Shown here: positions 58,444 to 64,000 of the stretch, piece by piece | Layout: every line of letters begins with the position of its first letter | Position numbering within the stretch: position 1 is the first letter of the stretch | Source of the DNA: an uncultured virus (IMG/VR IMGVR_UViG_3300002220_000874) | Taxonomy: Duplodnaviria; Heunggongvirae; Uroviricota; Caudoviricetes; Crassvirales | IMG/VR virus record: IMGVR_UViG_3300002220_000874 | Reading direction: 5' to 3' (one strand) | Length of the DNA stretch: 64,000 bases | Program-made: the position numbers and the translations under genes | The notes under the pieces: model-generated | What the model saw: the letters and a program-made list of their open reading frames with translations, nothing else | Told to the model about the DNA's origin: nothing | Database searches by the model: none

Positions 58444-60730
58444 TGTTATTTTAAATAATCATTTAGGAGATAAACCAGTGGTTTATAAAGGGGTTGAAAT
58501 TAATAACCCTTTTATAAATTATTGTAGAGAAGATAAATCTAAGTATCAGAAAGCTTCTGATGCTGGATATATTGATCCCGATAATGATTTTTTAATAGGT
58601 GGTTCAGGTGGACTACTTTTAAATATTAACTTTGTTTTTGTAAATACTCATCTATTGACTGAAGCAGCTGAGCATTATAGAAAACATAAATGTTATACAT
58701 TCTTTAAGCCTGGTACTGCTGGTTATATTATGTGGTGGAAACAGGAAACAAAACGAAGAAAGAATGGTTTTGTAGCTGATTGTAAATTAGAATTTAAAGA
58801 TGTACCGAAGTATTTTGATAAAGATACAACAGAACAAGAAAGAAAAAAGTTAGTTAAATCTCTCCGAATAACAGGTGACCAATATTACTTTCTTAATTAC
58901 AGTAGAATTAAACGTAGTCCTACTGCTGAAGAAAAACAAACACTACCTAGTTCAAGACGTAATAAAAAGATACTAGACTTTCCTCTTTTCTTAGATGGGC
59001 AATATTGGGATTTCAAACTTGATGAATTATGTATTTCAAACAATCTCAATATTGTTGAGAGTAAAGCTAGAAGAAAAGGTTTTACTTATATTAAAGCTGC
59101 AAGAACAGCAAACCTTGTTAACTTATATAAAGAAATTCTTGTTATAAATGCTGCATACGATAAAGGCTTTATAGAAGAAGAAGGCTCTATTAACTCATTT
59201 GTTTATAAAAATCTTCAATGGTTGGAAGAACAAACTTATTGGAGAAGAGGTTTCTTAAAAGAAACATTAGACGAAATGAAGTTAGGATATAAGTTAAGTA
59301 AACATGGTAACAAAGCATTTGGACATCAGTCTGCTGTATTAGGTGTAGTATTAAGAGGTAACACTAGTGGTGCAGTAGGTAAAGATGCAATTGAAATAAA
59401 TTTTGAAGAGTCAGGTAAAAATCCAAATCTTGATGAAGCACTAGGGGTAACATTAAGTGCAGCAGAAGATGGGGGAGAGAAGATAGGTATCATTAGAGTA
59501 TTTGGTACAGGTGGAACAAAAGATACTAATTGGATACAATTTAGTAATTGTTTCTACAATCCTGCTAAATATGAAATGGTATGTTTAGAAAACGTATGGG
59601 ATGAAAATAAAAGAAATACTGTTTGTGGTTTCTTTTATCCTCAAACATGGGGATATTTTCCATATGTTCAAGACGGTAATTCATTGTTACTAGAAGCATT
59701 TGTCCATGATTATGAAAGAAAAGAAGAAGCTAAGAAGAATCTTAAATCTTCTGAATATGCTGTCTTTGTAGGACAACGTGCTAATTCACCACAAGAAGCT
59801 TTTATTAATACTTTAGATAATATCTTCAGTAGTGTTGCACTAACTGAACATTTAACTTATATTCAAAATAATGAAGATTTAAAGTTCTATAAAGATGGAT
59901 GGGTTGATTACTTTAAAGGAGAATTAAGATTTTTAACAAATGATGATTTAATACAACAAGGACATAAAAAACGAGAATATGTTGAAGATGTTCCATTTGA
60001 TATTAGGAAAGATATTACAGGAGCAGTAAGGATGTATCATGCCCCATATACAATGGGAGAAGCTCGTCCACCTAAAGACTCGTATATTGTTTTGTATGAC
60101 CCTTATGGTATTGATAAAAATGTTAAAGATGTTATATTAAAAAATTCACTTGCGTGTATTTATGTAATAGGTTTACGAAATGCTGCATTTCCTTTCCATG
60201 AAGATAAGCTTTGTTGTGCTTATGTAGGTAGGATGAATACTATGGAAGAAAGTGATTTACTAGCAATTCGTATTGCTGATTCATATGGAGCTAAGATAGT
60301 AGCAGAATTAAACAGAGGTACTATGCTTCAAACAGCAAAAAAGTTTAATCGAAAAGATGTATTAGCAAGAGATATATCAGGTATGTTAGATAATTATGAT
60401 ACTGTATTAAAAGATACGTATGGTGTTGTAATAGGTTCAGGACAAGAGAAACTTGATTTACTCGGTACTATGGCTGATTGGTTGTATCAACATACTTCGA
60501 TTGATGAAGATGGAAAACCTACATATTTATTTCAAAAGATTACAGATATACCCTTTATAAAAGAGTTAACAATGTATAATAGTGTTAACAACTTTGATAG
60601 GGTAAGTTGTTATTTAGTTGGAATAAAACATTTAAAATATCATGCAATGAAGAATTATAAAAAGCATACTAATAGAGTTGAAACTGAGAAAAGTAAAAAT
60701 AAATTACGTTCCTTATTATTTGGTAGATAA
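58436..60730 (+). CDS. terL: Terminase large subunit
   Basis: KARRKGFTY Walker A, FEESGK Walker B, FGTGG, YDPY nuclease Asp, NFDRVS. Confidence 0.93.
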   Translation: MIDVILNNHLGDKPVVYKGVEINNPFINYCREDKSKYQKASDAGYIDPDNDFLIGGSGGLLLNINFVFVNTHLLTEAAEHYRKHKCYTFFKPGTAGYIMWWKQETKRRKNGFVADCKLEFKDVPKYFDKDTTEQERKKLVKSLRITGDQYYFLNYSRIKRSPTAEEKQTLPSSRRNKKILDFPLFLDGQYWDFKLDELCISNNLNIVESKARRKGFTYIKAARTANLVNLYKEILVINAAYDKGFIEEEGSINSFVYKNLQWLEEQTYWRRGFLKETLDEMKLGYKLSKHGNKAFGHQSAVLGVVLRGNTSGAVGKDAIEINFEESGKNPNLDEALGVTLSAAEDGGEKIGIIRVFGTGGTKDTNWIQFSNCFYNPAKYEMVCLENVWDENKRNTVCGFFYPQTWGYFPYVQDGNSLLLEAFVHDYERKEEAKKNLKSSEYAVFVGQRANSPQEAFINTLDNIFSSVALTEHLTYIQNNEDLKFYKDGWVDYFKGELRFLTNDDLIQQGHKKREYVEDVPFDIRKDITGAVRMYHAPYTMGEARPPKDSYIVLYDPYGIDKNVKDVILKNSLACIYVIGLRNAAFPFHEDKLCCAYVGRMNTMEESDLLAIRIADSYGAKIVAELNRGTMLQTAKKFNRKDVLARDISGMLDNYDTVLKDTYGVVIGSGQEKLDLLGTMADWLYQHTSIDEDGKPTYLFQKITDIPFIKELTMYNSVNNFDRVSCYLVGIKHLKYHAMKNYKKHTNRVETEKSKNKLRSLLFGR

Positions 60731-63108
60731 TGAAAACAAACGCATTTGAATATATTTATGGCAAAAAGTCTTTGTCAGAAAAGCAGAAAAAGGAGTGGTA
60801 TGTAAATGCAGCAGATGAAATCATAGATTATATATCAGGTCTATACGTTAATGATAAAGAATCTGTTAAGAAAGATTTAGAATTAGCTAACGGAAAAGTA
60901 CCTATTGATTTTATTCTTGAGGCTCTTAGACCATATATTCCTCCTGAAGGTAAAAAAGAATTAGACTCAGGTCATTATGGATTTACTGCTATTAATGATA
61001 AAGAGACTCCTAACGCTGGTACTGTACCATCTTATCTTGTAGATGTTGATTTTATTAATCAAATCAAAGACAGATATATAGGTGAATACATTAGACAGTT
61101 CTCTGATTTACAAGTTTATAATAGAGATCCTGATGTAGTAGCAGAAAGAAATAAAGCATTACATAGTCATCTAAAAGATTTATTAGAAGAGTATATGCTT
61201 AAATTGATTGAAGGTAAACAACCTGAAGAAATAGAAGCAGTAGATGTTGAGAAAGAAAGAAAAGAATTTGTTGATAAATGGGTTGATGATAAAACTATTG
61301 AGTATCAACATAGGTTAAATCTATTAAATGATTTATCTAAAGCAGATATTATATATACTCATTCTTTCTTAAATTGGTTCTCTACTGAACACGCTATTAC
61401 ATATAGGAGTATTTATAATGAAAGCAAGATGAGAAAAGAAGCAGTTCATCCTCTTGAGTATTATCGTATTCCTAATAATATTACTCCTTTCATTAAAGAT
61501 GATGTTGGAGGTGTACGTAAGTATAAATTAAATATTAATGAGATAATTACATTCTTTCAATTAGAATTATCTACTGAAGATATTGCTTACATAAAAGAAA
61601 TTATAGAGAAACATCATTCTGGTAATGGATATACTGTTCCTGCTACTTTAATTAAATCTCGACAATTTAATCATTCTGATATTAATAATGTAAATGATAG
61701 TTATACGTTTTGTACTGGAGAAGAAGTTAATATATATCATATCGTATTACAGACACCTTATGACATTAAGATTCTAACCTATCAAGATATTGCTAGTGGC
61801 ATTATTCAAAAGATGGAAGTTGATGCGGATTATGAATTAGATCCCGATATAGGAGATATACATTTAGAGAATTTTACTACTTATAAAACTATTGAGTTTT
61901 ATAGAATAGGTGAGAAAGCAGCAGCAGTTTATACTAAACCAAAAGAGCATGAAGTTCAGATTGGATGTCTTCCTTATAACGGTATTGTAGGTTATTTAGG
62001 AACAGGTAATTGTAATCCTATACCAAGACGATTAGCAGGACTGTTAGCATTATATAAGTATTATACTTTACAACAACAACGAGCAGTAGCTAAATATAAA
62101 AATTGGATTATTATTCCTGAGACTCTTATTCAAGATGGTCATTTGACTATGGAAGAAAAACTTGAATTTGCTAAAAAGGATGATACTCTTTTCATATCAG
62201 ATGAAGATGCTAGTGCAAATAGTTTACAAGCAATACGAGTATTGGTAGGACAAGGAGCAGAAAGATATATTGAAACTCTTACAACGCTTCGTGAAAGCAT
62301 TCGTAAAGAAGCAATGGATATTGCTGGTATGAATGAACAACGTTATGGTGATACAAGTCCTACAGCAGGTAAAGCTGTAACCGAATATGCTATTACTAGA
62401 GCTACTACAGCAAGTATTGGTTTGTTTAATACATTTAATTTATTAAAAGAAGAAGATGCTGTATTAGATTTAGCGTATGCTAAACAAATATTTAAGAATG
62501 GATACAAAGGTTCATATTTTGATAAGGCTACTAAACACGTAATATATGTAGATATTCCTGCAGAAGAATATGACCCTAAAGACATAGGAGTTTTTGTTAA
62601 GAACTCAATACAAGAACAAGAAAAGAAACAAGTAATGATAGATTTTGCTTTTAATATGGGTCAAGCTGGTGAACCATTAATAGCAATAGAAGCTTTAGAT
62701 TCAGAGAGTGCAACTCAGATAAAAAGATTAATTAAAGATACAATCAAAGAAAGACAACAAACTGAAGAAGCTATGCGTAAATATGAAGAGCAAATTAAGG
62801 CTGAAGTTGAACAGATTATATCTGATAGAGAATTAGGTAAACAAGAACATGAAGCGAAAATGCTTGCATACAAAGAAGAAATGGCAAATCTACGTACTAA
62901 TCTTGAGTTAGATACTCAGATACTATTGAAAGAAATGGAACTAGATAATATAAATGCTGATGAAAGTAATACAAGAAAGTATGAGTTAGAAGAAAGAAAG
63001 ATAAATCTTAAAAAACTTGAGATGCAATTAAATCTATATCAGCAGAACTTTAAATCAATGATGGATGTTAAAAAAGAGAAAGTAAAAGCATCTAAAGCTG
63101 CTAAGTAG
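60730..63108 (+). CDS. Portal protein
   Basis: 792 aa after TerL; K...W N-terminus, GEY, LPYNG, GMNEQRYG...AGKAVTE; C-terminal coiled coil. Confidence 0.88.
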   Translation: MKTNAFEYIYGKKSLSEKQKKEWYVNAADEIIDYISGLYVNDKESVKKDLELANGKVPIDFILEALRPYIPPEGKKELDSGHYGFTAINDKETPNAGTVPSYLVDVDFINQIKDRYIGEYIRQFSDLQVYNRDPDVVAERNKALHSHLKDLLEEYMLKLIEGKQPEEIEAVDVEKERKEFVDKWVDDKTIEYQHRLNLLNDLSKADIIYTHSFLNWFSTEHAITYRSIYNESKMRKEAVHPLEYYRIPNNITPFIKDDVGGVRKYKLNINEIITFFQLELSTEDIAYIKEIIEKHHSGNGYTVPATLIKSRQFNHSDINNVNDSYTFCTGEEVNIYHIVLQTPYDIKILTYQDIASGIIQKMEVDADYELDPDIGDIHLENFTTYKTIEFYRIGEKAAAVYTKPKEHEVQIGCLPYNGIVGYLGTGNCNPIPRRLAGLLALYKYYTLQQQRAVAKYKNWIIIPETLIQDGHLTMEEKLEFAKKDDTLFISDEDASANSLQAIRVLVGQGAERYIETLTTLRESIRKEAMDIAGMNEQRYGDTSPTAGKAVTEYAITRATTASIGLFNTFNLLKEEDAVLDLAYAKQIFKNGYKGSYFDKATKHVIYVDIPAEEYDPKDIGVFVKNSIQEQEKKQVMIDFAFNMGQAGEPLIAIEALDSESATQIKRLIKDTIKERQQTEEAMRKYEEQIKAEVEQIISDRELGKQEHEAKMLAYKEEMANLRTNLELDTQILLKEMELDNINADESNTRKYELEERKINLKKLEMQLNLYQQNFKSMMDVKKEKVKASKAAK

Positions 63109-63189
63109 TTTTTACTGCATAATTATAATAGCGTTACAAATATGATATGCTTGCAACACTATTATATAAGGTATTTCTAGTATTTGAAA

Positions 63190-63198
63190 TAAATTTGT
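63190..63198 (+). promoter_or_regulatory. Possible -7 promoter box (TAAATTTG)
   Basis: TAnnTTTG in the intergenic region upstream of ATG 63222; no clear -33 element. Confidence 0.4.
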
Positions 63199-63221
63199 GT
63201 ATAATCAAAAAAACTTAAAGT

Positions 63222-64000
63222 ATGACTATTAAACTAAAAGTGCCTGTAGGAAATTCAGACCCTGATGTAGATTCTATTGTTACCCCTATTGATGGTGCTG
63301 ATGATACTCCTAATCCACCTGCATCTGATTCTACTGATACATCTGTCCCACCTGCGAGTGACTCTACTTCGACAGAAGTAATCGAAGGATTTAATCCTGA
63401 GGAAGTAAGTACATTAGACCAAGTAGTAGTAGATGATGTAGAATTATATGTATTCAATAATCAACTAGTTGATAAAACAGGAAAACCTGTTTATAATGAA
63501 GATGAGTATGCTGAACTAAAAGCAAATAGTAATATATTAGATGTTAATTTAATTCAACGCTATAGCGGAATTGAATTATTAGATGAAACAGGTACACCAA
63601 TCGAGTTTGAAAATACCGTTAAAGGTATAGCAAAACGAGAAGCTTTTATTAAGGATATGGCAGAGAAACAAGGAAGAGAATTAGCCATTAATGAATTATT
63701 TGAAAGCACGCCTGTTATAAAAGATGTATTGCAATATGTAAAAAAGAATGGTTCTTTAGAGGGATTTAAACCTGCAACCGATTATTCTAAAGTTACATTA
63801 AGTAAAGATAATGAAGACCAGTTAACAAATATTATAATTGAAGCTGAATTACTTAAAGGTAATACACTAGATAAAGCAAAAAAATATATAGATTTTTATA
63901 AAGCAGATAATCAGCTATACGAAGAAGCAATTGAAGCGAAGAACTTTATCGTAAGTCAAAAGCAAGCACAGGAACAAGCAAGGGTACAATCTGAGCAAGA
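63222..64000 (+). CDS. crAss-like scaffold-type protein between portal and major capsid gene, 3'-truncated
   Basis: ATG 63222, open to the window end; acidic Pro-rich N-terminus, DETG.PIEFENT..GI and NGSLEGF; not in the ORF track. Confidence 0.75.
   Translation, partial: MTIKLKVPVGNSDPDVDSIVTPIDGADDTPNPPASDSTDTSVPPASDSTSTEVIEGFNPEEVSTLDQVVVDDVELYVFNNQLVDKTGKPVYNEDEYAELKANSNILDVNLIQRYSGIELLDETGTPIEFENTVKGIAKREAFIKDMAEKQGRELAINELFESTPVIKDVLQYVKKNGSLEGFKPATDYSKVTLSKDNEDQLTNIIIEAELLKGNTLDKAKKYIDFYKADNQLYEEAIEAKNFIVSQKQAQEQARVQSEQ

Noticed and set aside
63215..63457. 80 aa minus-strand ORF
   Set aside because: Antisense shadow of the plus-strand scaffold-like gene starting at 63222.
1..64000. 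Genome-wide stop-codon reassignment (TGA=Trp or TAG=Gln)
   Set aside because: Giant and conserved genes are intact under code 11, and TGA and TAG terminate several well-defined, tightly coupled genes.
1..64000. tRNA or rRNA genes, CRISPR array, integrase, transposase or diversity-generating retroelement
   Set aside because: By eye I found no cloverleaf/T-loop signature, no regularly spaced repeat-spacer array and no RT or recombinase motifs. The PD-(D/E)XK nuclease has no cas context.

Overview
This AT-rich window is most of a crAss-like (Crassvirales) podophage genome. A Bacteroidota host is suggested by TTTG-N20-TAnnTTTG promoters and A-rich leaders without Shine-Dalgarno sites. There are three blocks. 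(1) 1-28.6 kb, + strand: tail ring and muzzle genes, cargo/ejection proteins, and two giant virion proteins (3492 and 2640 aa) carrying the two halves of a virion RNA polymerase, separated by a ~1 kb cassette with small ORFs. (2) 28.7-53.8 kb, - strand: replication and nucleotide-metabolism genes (dUTPase, ligase, primase, SSB-like, RecT-like, SF2 and SF1 helicases, PolB, UDG), preceded by small early genes and gene relics. (3) 54.6-64 kb, + strand: HU/IHF-like protein, PD-(D/E)XK nuclease, a candidate lysis module, terminase, portal and a partial scaffold-like gene. The main observations are: an isolated gene whose only two predicted Trp positions are in-frame TGA although TGA is a stop elsewhere; a cassette between the polymerase halves that splits an SHxxGG...EGGE domain across a gene boundary; a 35-39 nt element in four copies all pointing at the convergent terminator; and a G-tract/hairpin motif family upstream of the early genes. 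One NN gap at 7423 is an assembly artefact that falsely splits a gene. Family assignments come from motif recognition and synteny only; no searches were run.
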